DNA of 64,000 nt, taken from contig CM022670.1 in NCBI GenBank assembly GCA_012295275.1, positions 3,348,001 to 3,412,000 on the forward strand, given 5' to 3'. Both the position numbers and the translations under genes were made by a program. Below the pieces are notes generated by a model that was given only the letters and a program-made list of their open reading frames with translations, was not told the origin of the DNA and ran no database searches. The first letter of the stretch is position 1, and every line of letters starts with the position of its first letter. This DNA is from Chrysomallon squamiferum. Taxonomy: Eukaryota; Animalia; Mollusca. This document shows positions 42,446 to 56,986 of this stretch, piece after piece.

Positions 42446-45400
42446 GTACCGGACCAATTATCCGGACTCCTTGTGGCCTGAGGCATTCCGGATTTAAGGA
42501 TTTTCCGGTTTTCTGGTACCAAGGCATCTAAATACGTAAATAATTAGACATAAACATTTTAAAATTAAAAACATAAAGACAACTGACGATACACAACTAT
42601 GGCGACTCGACACGTAAACAATGCGGCGAGTGAATGAACACCAAGCTGCTTGAAAGAGTAGTTCCGGACTGGTGAGGACAACACCCGCGCGAGCGAACAA
42701 TGAACACTTCCGGTTTTCTGGTCTTTCCGGATTTCAGGAGGCCGGATAATTGGTCCGGTACCTGTATACTGTTTTGTAACCTTTATATATTATATATGCG
42801 CGCGCGTGTGAAATGTAAGATAGTTTTTATTTCTGTGAAAGTAAAAGATCTTCACGCAGAGTGATAATGATTATTTATGAGAATAGCGATGCGCTGTTAA
42901 TAATAATCATTTTTATATTGTGTGGATCACGCCCATATCTGTTTTCGAAGGACGAAGATAATATTTTAAAAAGTTATTTATGTATCTTTATACAGTTGCA
43001 TGTTAAAAAATTTGTAGCGATCAATGAAATTCATGCGCAATAATTTAGTCATGCAGCGTCTGCTACATTAGCCTCGTTTACACAGTACCAGCAAATTTCA
43101 GAGAAATCGAATTGCGTCCCTTCGAAAAGTCAGAAGGGGTAATTTGTAAACATGACAGTCGTCGCTTCGGATTACATCTATTTTGTTTAAGGACAAGATA
43201 CGTGAACTGCTGACACCAAAAGAGCAAAACAATGGCATGTCAGCCAGTCTAAATAAACGGGTGGCGGACATTGCTGCCGTTGCTGACGAATGGCGGGCGA
43301 ACTCGTCGTAAGCCGTAAGTGATGGCGAGACCCCTGATTTGTAAATTTTAAAAATAAAAAGATTAAACAACAACAACAATAATAATAATAAATTAATTAA
43401 TTTAATAAATAATTATTTGAAATGAATTCAATTTTACAAAAAAACAACACCACCAAAACACCTCTCCCAAAATGTCTGAATAAATAAAGAAGCAAACAAC
43501 AGTCACACTTTCACAGTAAAAAAAAAAAAAAAAAAAGAAAAAAGAAAAAGAATGAAAAATGAAAATAAGTTAAAAATTTATAAAAATTAAAACATTAAAA
43601 GAAAAATCATTAACTATTCATTTTGTTATTTATTTATTGAACATGAATTTTAATTTAATTAATGAAAGATTAAAAAAGAAAAAACAAAAAAGGATGGTTT
43701 AAATTTATTCCCAAAGAACATTCAGAAATCTTTCACCAAAAATTCAAAAAAAAAAAAAAAAATTGAATGTTTAAAATATTCATTATTTATATCCTCAAAA
43801 ATGAAAAACATTTTTAGAAATAACTGTTATTTTTAGTGAAAATTTGTAAATTTTAAAAATAAAAGCATTAATAATTTATTTACTAAAAAGAGTTGTTTAA
43901 ATTTTCACCTAAAAAATATTTAGAAATCTTTTACAAAAATTACAATTTATTTACTAAATAACAGTTTAAAAAAAATATATATTCATTTGTTTGTTTAATA
44001 ATCAAAAATTTAATAATTGAAAAATACATTTTATCTTGATCCTTGTATAAAAATGTATTTATTGTTTAGGCACTGAACATAATCTCAAAATGGTTTACAG
44101 TTAAAATAATAATAATAACTCAGAAAATTTCCTTACTGAATAGTTTTTGAATAGGGAAAGCAATTAATATTAGGTTATTTATTTAATATTTAATAATTTT
44201 AAAAGAATATTCAGAAAATGTTAAAATTTAGAAATTATGTCACATTCATTTTTATTTTAATATAAATTTTATTTTTTTTTTTTTTTTTTTTTGAAAAAAA
44301 AAAAAAAAAAATTATGCTTTGATATTTTGGATTTTACTGAATATTTGTAAATTATTGAAAATAATGAGTACTTATTACAACATTAGTAAATGTTTAAATA
44401 TTTAAAAAATATTTAAATACAAAATATTAATTATTTTAATTTTTATTATTATTTTTTTATAGGACTTTACTGCTGTTTTTTATTTTTCTTATTTAATGTT
44501 AAACCTTTTTTGAAAGGTTTAACATTAAACAAGACAAATAAAAAACAGCAGTAAATTTATATTAATTCAAAAAGCTAAGAAAATTGTTATATATTTTTTA
44601 ATTTAACCTATTAGGGAATAATATAATATTTATAATAATTTTTAAATGATTTGTTATGAAAATAATTTCTTTAAAATATTAAATTTATATATTAAATTTT
44701 GCAGAACTCTCAAAACCACATATGCTAAAACATGGTATATATTTTTTGAATTGGTGTATATAATTTTATTCATTTTTATTTATTATATATTTTTTTAATT
44801 TAATTTCTGTAGCTTTATATCTTTTTTCTTTTTTATATGTTTTTATAATAGTTTATTTTTTATTTTAAAAGTACTGTATGATATTTGTACAATAGCTCTT
44901 GCTTTAATTGTAATTTTTTTTTTTTAATTTTTGATTTTTTAAAAATAAGTTTAATCTGATTTTTAATTTTATTTATTTATTTAATTTTCTTTTATCATTA
45001 TCGATTATTTATTTTGTTGTGGCTTAATGTTTTGTGATATTTGTCCTAGTCCTTTTCTTCCTTTATTTAAAAAATAAAAATAAAAATCTTTAATTTCTGA
45101 TGTTAAAAAATATCATTTACATTATAATGTAACTGGTTGTGGTATAAAATTATTTTAGTAACATTTTTGTTCAAATTATGAAAATGTATTTAATGTTTAA
45201 AATGTTCTTAGATAAAAATAAATTTTCAGTAAAATCTAGATCTATTATATAAAATATTAAATATTCTGATATATTGCACTAAATTGAAAATCATATGTGT
45301 TCATCTTTATATATTAATAATAAAAGGGAATATGTTTTCCCAGTCTTTTTATTTTGTCACACTTTATTATTATTATTATTACTATTATTATTACTGGAAG

Positions 45401-48400
45401 TATACAAAAATGTTTTTATATCTATTACTACTTTATGATAGCATATGATTTAACCAATGTTTCCAGATATATATATGTATATATATGCACTCCATTAATA
45501 ATAAATAATAGAATAATTAGAATAATTTTGTTAATTATTTCACATGCTAAAATTAAAATAATATAAATCTTTTTTCTTTACTTTTAAAAAAAATAACAAA
45601 AAACATTTATCAGATTATTTTTAATTTTCTTTTTCTATATCTCCACCTTATCTCTAGGACTTCCATACCTGATAATGAAACATATCTACACAGACTCGTT
45701 AGTCTTACATGAAGATTCTGTGCTCAGTTGGAAAAATGAAGACTACAGAGGTGATGATCGCTTTTCTCCTGAAACAGATATGGAGAAAACAGCAATGAAA
45801 AAGGAAGTTCCAAGAGCAATTAAGACAGATCCCAGACGAGATCTAGATAAAACTTGGACAAAGTTTTTTAAATTTCAACCTCTCTGGAAGGTTCGGAATT
45901 ACTTTGGTGAAAAGATAGCTTTTTATTTTGCCTGGTCAGGAGAGCTGGCTTCATCACTGTGGATTCCAGCATTGTTTGGTTTGATCATCTTCATATATGG
46001 ATTAGTACAAAGGTGTGTGTATGTCTGAATGTCTTTTTGTGATTTTTAGAAAAATGTTTGTATTTAAAATAAAAAAATAAAAATTAATATTTGTTTTGCT
46101 AAATATTGTTATTGTAATTATTATTATTATTTCTAAATTTTTATTTTACATTTTATATTTTTTTTATAGCTGATAATATAATTTGTATTTCAATTATTTC
46201 TTTTTTCTTTTTTTCTTTCTAAATAATTTTATTTCACATTTTATATCTTTAATAGGAGATAATATAATTTGTATTTGTATTATTTATTTATTTATTTATT
46301 ATTTTTTATTTCTAAATTATTTTTATTTTGCATTATAATTTTTTTTATAGCTGATAATATAATTTGTATTTGTATTATTTATTTATTTATTTATTTTTTA
46401 TTTTTTATTTATTTACTTTCAGTGTTGAAGAATCTAAAGAAATGACACATCCTACGTTAAACAATGCAACACTTGTGGATGAGTAAGATTAAAATTATTT
46501 TAATTCATTATATACTTATTTTTTATTTTTTATTATATTTTTTTAAAGTTTGTCAGTTATTCTCTTAATATAGGCTTAATTTTTAAATAATAATAATAAT
46601 GATAAAAAAAAATTCATTTACATACTTTAAAAATACTTAGATTTATATACATTTCCTATATTTATTTAATAAAAATCTTAAAGCTTAAAATACATTGCAT
46701 TTCTGTTTTATTTTATAATCTCTCTCTCTCATCAAATGACAATTTATATTTTGTGTTTAGAGTGAAAGCTGCTGTACAGGATTTACTGAGTGTTATCAAA
46801 CGAGCGTTTGATAATGATATTACACCATTCTTCGCTCTTGTTATCTGCTTGTGGGGTGAGAATATGTTTAATATTTGAATTTTCCTTAAAAAGTTATTTA
46901 AATTTATTAAAAAAGAAATATTTTAATATTTTTAATATTTTGAAATGTAATAATTAAAATATAATTGCTCTTCATGAACCCCCCACAAAAGGATTATAAA
47001 TTAAAATAAAAGAACAACAAGAAATGAAAAAAAACAAAAAACAAACAAAAAGTCTAAATAACAAACAAATCAAAACAAACCATTTATTTTGATTCTTTCA
47101 GGCACAATTTTCTTGGAGGTATGGAAAAGAAAAAATGCTACATTAGCTTATGAATGGGATGTGGATGAGTTTGAAGCAAAAGAACCTGACAGACCTCAAT
47201 ATTTTGGCACTAAAGTCAAAAAAGTAAATTTGCTTTTCAATAGATGAATAGTAAATGCTTTTTCTCTTATATATATTTTTAGTTAATTTAGTTTTAGAAT
47301 CCATTAAAAAAAAAAAAGGGTTCCTTAAAAAGTTTGAATTAATGAATTTTTTTTAATACTTATTTTGTTATTTTCACCAATGATATAACTTTGATATAAA
47401 TTAATATAAATATTGCATATTCTTGTGAAGATGCTAATCAATTCATAGCAATATTTTTAATTTGCATGTATATATATATATATATTTGTGTGTAAGTGTG
47501 TATGTGTGTGTATGTATATAGATATATATATTTTTTTTTATATTTGTGTGTGTGTGTGTGTGTATATAAAGATGTATATATATATTTGTATGTGTATATA
47601 ATTATGTGCATGTGTAAGTGTCAGTGTATGTATGCGAATAAATTAATGGGCATTTCTCTTTTTGGTATTTTGTTATTATCCTGTAGGACCCTGTGACAAA
47701 TGAAGAAATTTGGTACTATCCATTCAAAAGACAGTTTTTGAAGATTTCAGCATCAGCATCTGTACTTATTTTCATGGTGAGTTTCTAAATTTGTATTATT
47801 AGGTGTTAGTATAATTTTAATGACATTTCAATTATCATGTTTTTCATTATTATTATTATCATGATCATCATTATAAAAAGTATATTTAATATTTAAAAGG
47901 AAAATGAAATGAGTTAATTATCATTCATTTGAAATGCCAAATTAATGTCTCAAATACCCTATCTTTAATTCAATTATATTTCTCTTTTCACACTATTTGT
48001 TTTCAAATATGCTTTAAGATAATCAGTATTGTGATAGCTACTGAAAATAAATTAACAGAAAATTTACTATTTTAGAGAACTCAAAGCACACTTTTTATAT
48101 TTAGGTATACAATACCATATTTGTATTTATTATTAAATTAATAGAAAATACACAATTTCAAATAGTATGTGGTCTCAAAGCACATTTTTTATTTTCACAT
48201 ATACAATACTGTATTTGTATTTACTATTAAAATAATAGAAAATGTACAGTTTTATATAATATGAGGTCTCAAAGCACACTTTTTATTTTCAGATATGTCT
48301 TGTTTTAGTCAGTGTTCTTGGTGTAATTATCTATCGTGTAATTATCAGCATTGACATGTGTCCAACAATGACAGCATCTGAATGCCTCGCCATGACTACT

Positions 48401-51400
48401 GTTGTTTCATCACTGTTAAATGCCATCTCAATTTTACTGCTGGGAAAGGTAGTTTGAAAGGAAATATGTTTTCAAAAAATTAATACATTATGCCTCAGTA
48501 TGATCAGTTGATTGTTTAACAAATATTTTAACTATTTATAATTAGTTAAAATAAAAAACGAAGATAAATTTTGTCTTTTGCATGCAACTAAAAAATAGGA
48601 AATTGTTAATTAAATTTTGTTTGAACAGTTCTGTTATTGTTTAATGAAATTTCTTACATTTTTTAAATGTTTTTTTATTTATGCACATTAATCATTGTAA
48701 TGTTGCCGTTACATATTTTAGTTTCAAATTCTTCTCATTATTTTTATTTATTATTATTATCATTATTATTATTATTATTATTCTTGCTATTATTATTATT
48801 ATTATTTATTAATATTATTTGTTTATTTATTTGTTCTTATTATTTCAGTTTTCATGGGTTTTATCTTATTTTATATATACGTATATGTGTATGTGTGACT
48901 ATTTTAACAATTAAAATTTTTATGTGTAGATATTCTGAAATACTGACTTTATGTTTTATTTTTTATTTCTTTATTATTTTTTTTAAAGGTTTATGACAAA
49001 ATAGCTGCTAAGTTGACTGACTGGGGTAAGTTTTATTTATAAAAATGTAAGTTTAATAAATCAATCATGAACATGTACTATTCTAAACTCATTAAATGTT
49101 TAAAATTTTAAAATTATATATGTGAATTAGTAAAATCTATTAAAAGTCTTTCAGTCCTCAAAATTATTATTTTTAAAAAGAAGATAATATTGCAAGTACG
49201 TATTAACTTTATTTTAATTTTAATACACAACTTTTATTATTACCTTAGACTTAAATATTAAATCCACTGCATGTGAAAATAAACCCAGCCAAAACCAACC
49301 AACGTTGCACTCAATTTAAAATATTTTATTTATTTATGCATTTTTATAATTTTGACAGCTTAATTACAACACAATTGTAACAATTTCAGTATAAATATTT
49401 TATAATTTTAAAAATTCAATTTTAATGCATTTCATTTTATTTTCAATATAAATAATTTTAATTGATATTCTAAATTTGTCAGCTTGATCATCAAATTTAT
49501 ATTTTTAATAAATTTTTCTTTTTATGTTTTCAGAGAACCACAGAACAGAGACCCGATACAACGATGCTCTCATCATCAAACTGTTTGCTTTCCAGTTTGT
49601 CAACAGTTATGCTTCATGCTTCTACATTGCATTTTTCAGAGGGGTAAATAACAAAATTGTTTCTTAAGATTGTTTTTAATTTTTAACATAAAGAAATAAA
49701 AACATTCTGGGGAATTTGGTTTTTTTACTACATTTATTATTTATGTTATTTTTGTCATTGTTATTTTAAATATTATTTTTATTATTATTATTAACATTAT
49801 CAGTAACATCAACATTATCATCACCATCATCTAATGAAATTAAATTTATTTAATTTAGTAACTAAATATTAAAAATATTATTTCAAATAATTCATTTAAT
49901 TTCAAAGCATTGTTTAACAATTTATTAGTTATTATTAGCAATATGATTTAAAATAATGAAACATTATTTCCCAGAATTCTATAAAATGATACTTCCTTTG
50001 AAAGTACACATTATTTTATGTACAAATATGAGAGCTATCATGAGGTGATCATTATTATTATTATTGTTATTGTTGTTATGATTATTATTATACTGTTACA
50101 ATTTTATTACTATTACTAATATTGTTATTATTAGTAGTATTATTCCACTAGTATTATTACTATTACTATTATTAGTAGTATTATTATTACTATTATTATT
50201 CTTCTTATTATTATTTATCAGAGATTTGATCAGATAGGACTGATGGGTCATGGCTCAAATTACAGAGACAGCTGTGAGGGAACATGCATGTCACAGCTTT
50301 CATTTCAAGTTCTTATCTTAATGCTTGTGAAACCATTTCCAAAGTTCTTCAAAGACATCATTATTCCGTAAGTTTGTATGACTTTATATTTCTCCTTATT
50401 TTATTTTATTTCTTGTAATTTTAATTTTAATTTTTTTTTTTTTTCTATTTAACTGTTATTGATTTTTATCATACATACATTTCATTTATAAATTATTCAA
50501 AATGGATTTAGAAAGTGGAGCAAGCTTGTTTAATTTTATTTTATTTATATCACTTTTTATTTTATTTTATTTTATTTTGAATTTATATCTTTCTTTCTTT
50601 CTTTTCTTCTCATTTCTTTTTTATATTTTATTTTTTATTTTTTTTTTTGTAATAATTTCCTCTTTTTTTTCTGTTCAAAATTCTTCAGGCATAATTTAAA
50701 CTCTTTTGATTATTGTTTTTTTTTCTTGTTCTTTCTTTTAACCTTACATTGTAAACAAAAAGAATAAGTATCAGCATCTGGCAATAAATTATTTTTAATT
50801 GTTTATCTATCACAGTTATAAACACATCCATTAATATTATTATTATATTTAGAATTAGTAAAAAATTTAAAACAAAAATCCATTAAGTGATTAATAAATT
50901 ATTTTTAATTGTTTATCTATCAGAATTATATACACATTCATTATTATTATCATTATTATTATTATTATCATCATCATCATCATCATTATTATTATTAGAT
51001 TTGTTAAAAAACGCTGGCGTAAACGTCCCAAGTGGTTAAGATGCTGTCAGAAGAATCGAGTTGACCAGGAAGCACAGGAAAGATCAGGCAGATTACCTGA
51101 TCAACACAAAACATTTCTGGAGTGTGAGAAAGAGAAACCAAGTCTAGGAGACTTCACACTTGGAGAATACACAGAGAAAGTTATAATGTATGGCTTTCTC
51201 ATGGTATGTATTCTTACTTATATTTTTATTTAATGTATGTACACATCTGTATACAGACACAGACACATGCAGTAATCAATGTATGTTTATACAGATAAAT
51301 GGAGATGTCTTTATAATAATATGTGTGTGTGTGTGTGTGTGTATATACACACACACATACATACAGTACATATATACACAATTATTTTGTATCTGAGCAT

Positions 51401-51528
51401 GTGAAAATAAGAAACAAAGAACAAATTAAGAACAGAAAGACACACACACACACACGATACATATAAACACAATTATTTTGTATCTGAGCATGTGAAAATA
51501 AGAAACAAAGAACAAATTAAGAACAGAA

Positions 51529-51561
<33 letters not shown>

Positions 51562-52694
51562 ATACATATAAACACAATTATTTTTGTATCTGAGCATGTG
51601 CAAATAAGAAACAAAGAACAAAGTAAGAACAGAAAGAGAGAAGACTGTGCTATATAAATATTGTATTACAAATGCATGTGCACTACCTAAATATAAAGAT
51701 ACACACAAGCACACACTTTTGAATATTAAAATAACTTTCTTTATACCTTTTAGCTGTTTGCAGCTTCCTTCCCATTGGCTCCATTTTTAGCATTGATAAC
51801 AATTCTCATAGACATCAGAGTTGATGCAAAACGAATGTTGTGGTGGTACAGAAGACCAGTTGCGTTCATAGCTCAGGATATTGGTAAATTGTATTTCTTT
51901 TGTAATATATAATAATACTGAAGTATATTACTGTTGTTGTGTTATTATAATTGCTGTTATTGGTATTTTAGCTCAGGATATTAGTAAATTGTATTTCTTT
52001 TATAATATATAATAATACTGAAGTATATTATTGTTGTTCATGTTATTATTATTGCTGTTATTGGTATTTTTTTGTTTGTTTGTTTCAAATTATTATTATT
52101 GATATAGTATTATTATTATCACCACTACTACCCATATTATTAGTGTTACTGTAATTATTATTACAATTAGTAGTATTATTACTTTTGCTATTATTACTAT
52201 TATTATTATTATTATTATTATTATTAAATTTAGAATATTCTTACTGACATCACCTTTTTCTTTCAGGAATGTGGTATGACATTTTGTTGTTTGTTAATTT
52301 TGCTGGAGTTTTATCAAATGCTTTTCTGATTGCATTCACTTCATCTTGGGGACAGAAATATTCTCTGGAGCAGAAACTTTGGATTGTTATTGGTTTTGAA
52401 GTTAGTGTTTTTCATCATCATTCTTGCTTTTGTTCTTTTCATTTCATTAGTTTGACATCAAATAGTTGATGTTTTATTTCATTGAGTTTCATCATTTCAT
52501 CTGTATCTGTGACATTGTCATTATCATATTTTTTACTTATTTTTATTATAACAAAATTTACAATATTTTGGTATTCAGTTTCGATTTTTCATAGAAATTT
52601 ACTTACTTTAGTTCTTTCATTAAAATAATTTAGAATTTTGAAAAGAAAAACTAGATTTTATTTTATATTTATGAAAAATATGCATAAATACATA

Positions 52695-52774
<80 letters not shown>

Positions 52775-55406
52775 TCAACACTTCCTTTATTCATCCATCA
52801 CTCTCTTTCTCTAACTAAACCAATCAGTGTTGGTCTTTCACTGAAATTGTGTAAGAAATTCAGTTCTGAATGCAGATGAATGTAATGACATATTATCTGT
52901 TTTCAGCATATAGTATTTGTACTTAAGTTCATCCTTGCTTACATGATCCCAGATGTTCCTGCTGAAGTGCGTCTAGCAATCAGACGAGTGAGTGATTCTA
53001 ATATTTTTATTTACTTTATAAGATACATACAAAAAGTTAGAGACTAATAATTAAAATAGACAAGATAGGGATTTTAATCATTATATAAATGTGTGGGTAT
53101 TTTTTAAATTGATTTTTTGTTTTATCACAATGAACCTTTCACTTTAATCAGAATAGTAACAATAAAATAATAATAATCACAACGACAACAAAAATGATAC
53201 ATATTCTGAATAGTAACATTTTAAAAATATAAATTAAATTATGCATAAACATTTTGTTGGACAGTACAAACTTGATAACACTATAATATAATTTATTTCA
53301 TATTTTTATTTATTATGCCACTTTGCTATAATAACTACATAAAATACCATTTTTAGTTTCTTTTTATTAATTTAAAAAAAAAAGAATATTTACAGGAACA
53401 TTTTCAAATAACCATATTTATATGTTTATTAAACTGCTTTATATTTAATGATAGGTTTAGTATTAATATTGAGTTAAGTTCATAAAATTTGTCCTCTTCA
53501 TTTACTTAAAAATATATATATATATGTATATATCTTTCACAGGAAAAATTTCAAGTTTCCCTGTTGCTGGATGAAAGCAAGCCACACAAACCAGTGGACT
53601 ACAGAAATCTCTACCCACCAGATGTTACGTAAGGGCTTCTTCCCACCACATATCTTTTTATTTTTGTTCTTACCCACCATATTTTCATCCATTTTACTAG
53701 TCTCTGTACTACAGAGAAAACCCAGTTGATAAGTAGAATGATCAAATTCCAGCACTGATTACTATCAGAAATAACTGGGGATGGGTTAAAATGGTTTGGT
53801 TCTGTTTGTTCTCTACCTGAGGCAGTTTAAAAAATATATGTATAATATTATTTTGTTCTGTCTGTCTGTCTGTCTTCTCTCTCTCTAACATTAAATTCTA
53901 TACACATAATATCACAGCTACAGAAAATGGTACTGCACTGTTATTTTTTAACTTTTCTTTTTTTTTTTATACTTAGTCCTTAATAAAGACTGGAACGTAT
54001 GAACAAAAAACCCACAAACACTCAAAAAAAACAACAACAACAACCAAAAACCCAAGAAAAAACAAAAAGAAATACAAATAAATAAAATATATGTATAGGA
54101 AATATACAGACTATATTTTGTTTTGTATTTAATTTTGTATTATCAAATATATAACTAATCTTCTAACAGTGCAGACCCACAACAGCTGTGCTTGAACTTT
54201 CAGAGTTTGTAAATATAACACATATTGACTGATTTGTCTATCTGGTGTAATGATCTTGTGCACAAGATTATCTCAAAATTTGATAATTCTTTACAAGTGA
54301 AATCACTAATTTTTATCAGTCTAAAATACTATAAACCTATAAAAAATAATATAAAATATTTTATCTTCCAAATAAGACATTTTATTTCCCCCATTAGACA
54401 TAACACAACCTACCATTAATAATATAAGGCACTGTATATAAGATATCAGTTAAGATAAAATAAATATTTAATCATAATTTTTGTTTTCATTCTTATATCT
54501 TTCTTTCAGCAATTTTTTTTTTCTTATCTGTTTTAAATTTACAATAAACTTTCCATAAATTCTGTTAAATTTACAATAATTATATCCATTAATTTATATA
54601 ATTCTATTTTCAGTTCAAAAATAGCCTCTGAACTTGTTGAAGAAGAAGCTGAGGAGGAGGATAACCAACAACAACAACCTCAACAACAACAGCATGTAGC
54701 AGAAAAACCTGGGTTAGAAACAACAACTTCCTCTAGTTATTCGGATAGTGCTGTCTCTAAAGTATCGCTTCTTGCTAACTCTGCTGCCCATGGTGTCCCT
54801 AGTTTTTCTTCCTCTAGTGGTGCTGCCTCTAGTTCTGCTGTCTCTGATTCTTCTGCCAATAAGGAACATCAACAAGCAGAACCAACTGAGTTAAATGATC
54901 AGTCTGAACATACAGAAGTAAAAAGGTTCGAATACAATTTCACATTACTCAGTTTTCAAATTGTAATCCATGTTCAAAACCATTTATTCATCTTCAGTAA
55001 ACTGAAAATAGCCTCCCTCCCCCCCTGCTTTTTATATGTTTAGAAAACTGGGGTTACAAAGAAAAAAATGACTTTAGAAATATAATAATTCAGAAAACAG
55101 AAATTATAAAAAGTAAAAAAATGTCCTTAGAAGTGTATTCATTTGGATCGGTTAAATAGAGTTTTGTTCTTTACTTTTTTTTTTTTTTTTTATATTCTAA
55201 ATATATATTAAGCCTAGGCCCAGAAAAAACTGTAAAATCCAGAAATCAGGTTGCTAATCTTGGTGGATAAATGGTTAAACTGCTACCTGTATGATGAAAA
55301 CATAAAATACAGCTTGATAAAATCATAATTTGTTTAGAGGTGTGCATATAAAAATAATATTTAAAATTTTAAATTAATCTAATTCTGAACAGTTATCTTT
55401 TCTTTT

Positions 55407-55498
<92 letters not shown>

Positions 55499-56391
55499 AC
55501 CCAGTAATTTATTTGTTAAAAAGTAATTTGGCAGAACAGTTAATTATTTTTTTTTAATTTAATTTCGATATTTAATCATAGTGTGATACTTGACGTGAAA
55601 ACTGAGGATAATGAAAAAGCTACATATGTAGCATATGTACCCAAATGGTAACAACACAATTAAATTAATGGGATTTTTTTTTCACAAATTTAAGTTCTGT
55701 TTCATTTAAATTTTTAAGTTCTGAGTTGTTATTATACCATGCATGCAAGACATAAACAACAACAGTAGCTAAACAAGAAACAAAATAAAAGTAATTAATT
55801 AATAAAGAAAGAAAGAAAGAAAAAATAAAAGAAACAATGCAAATGAAATACAAACTGCAGAAACAACAACTAAAATCATCCCACTGTATTGATAGAGAAG
55901 ATATATTACACATAAACACATTCATTTCAGTGCATGCTGAAGTTTTTCTCTAGATATTTAAATTTTCTTTCACTTTCTTTTACTAATTTGCTTTTCTGTG
56001 CTTGATGTTTTATCTTGTTCTCTCTGTTTTTCATACTTGTTGAATTGGGATGTTTTCTTTTGGGATATATAATATATATATTATATTTAGCTTCATATTG
56101 TTAATTAACCTGACTTTTTAAAATTTATATTTTATATTCTATTTATAATTAACCATAACTAGCTATTTTTCATTAAGTATGTTTTTCTTTAACTGGTAGT
56201 TTATAGTTTTACTTCTTAAGTACATATTTATTTATATGTGTTTGTGAAATTTAGAATGTTTTAAGAAAACAAATGAACTTAAAATTATTATAATTATTCA
56301 GATTTTTCTTTCTTTTTTCTGACTTTTTAAGTTTCTTCTTCTATTTCTCCATTTTCATCATCATCTTTTCTCCCTCTCCAACTCACTCTCT

Positions 56392-56461
<70 letters not shown>

Positions 56462-56844
56462 GCCACTAACACTTTCTTCACTTCTGTTTATATTTTCTTT
56501 CTTTCCCTTGCCCTCTTTTATTATCCATTTTCTCTGTCTTATATATTAATGTCTACTGTTGATCCTGTTTTAAATGAATCAGTCTGAATTTCTGCATGCA
56601 GTGAGTTTGTGGATGATACTGTATGTAATGTGTTTGTATGTGTTACTTACTATATGTAATGTGTAGTATACATAGTCATGACCTGGTCAGCATATCTGCT
56701 ATTCATCCTCATGGCAGCAACCTGTTCAGGAAGAGTATGAGTGACATCGATTCCAACAGAGACAAAGTTGAGATGCAGCCACATCCTAGTGGTTAGTTTG
56801 TTTTACATCTTACTAGTCAGTGACTGTTGTTATTGTTACTGTTA

Positions 56845-56905
<61 letters not shown>

Positions 56906-56946
56906 CATATTATTATTATTATTATATATTATTATTATTATCATCA

Positions 56947-56986
<40 letters not shown>

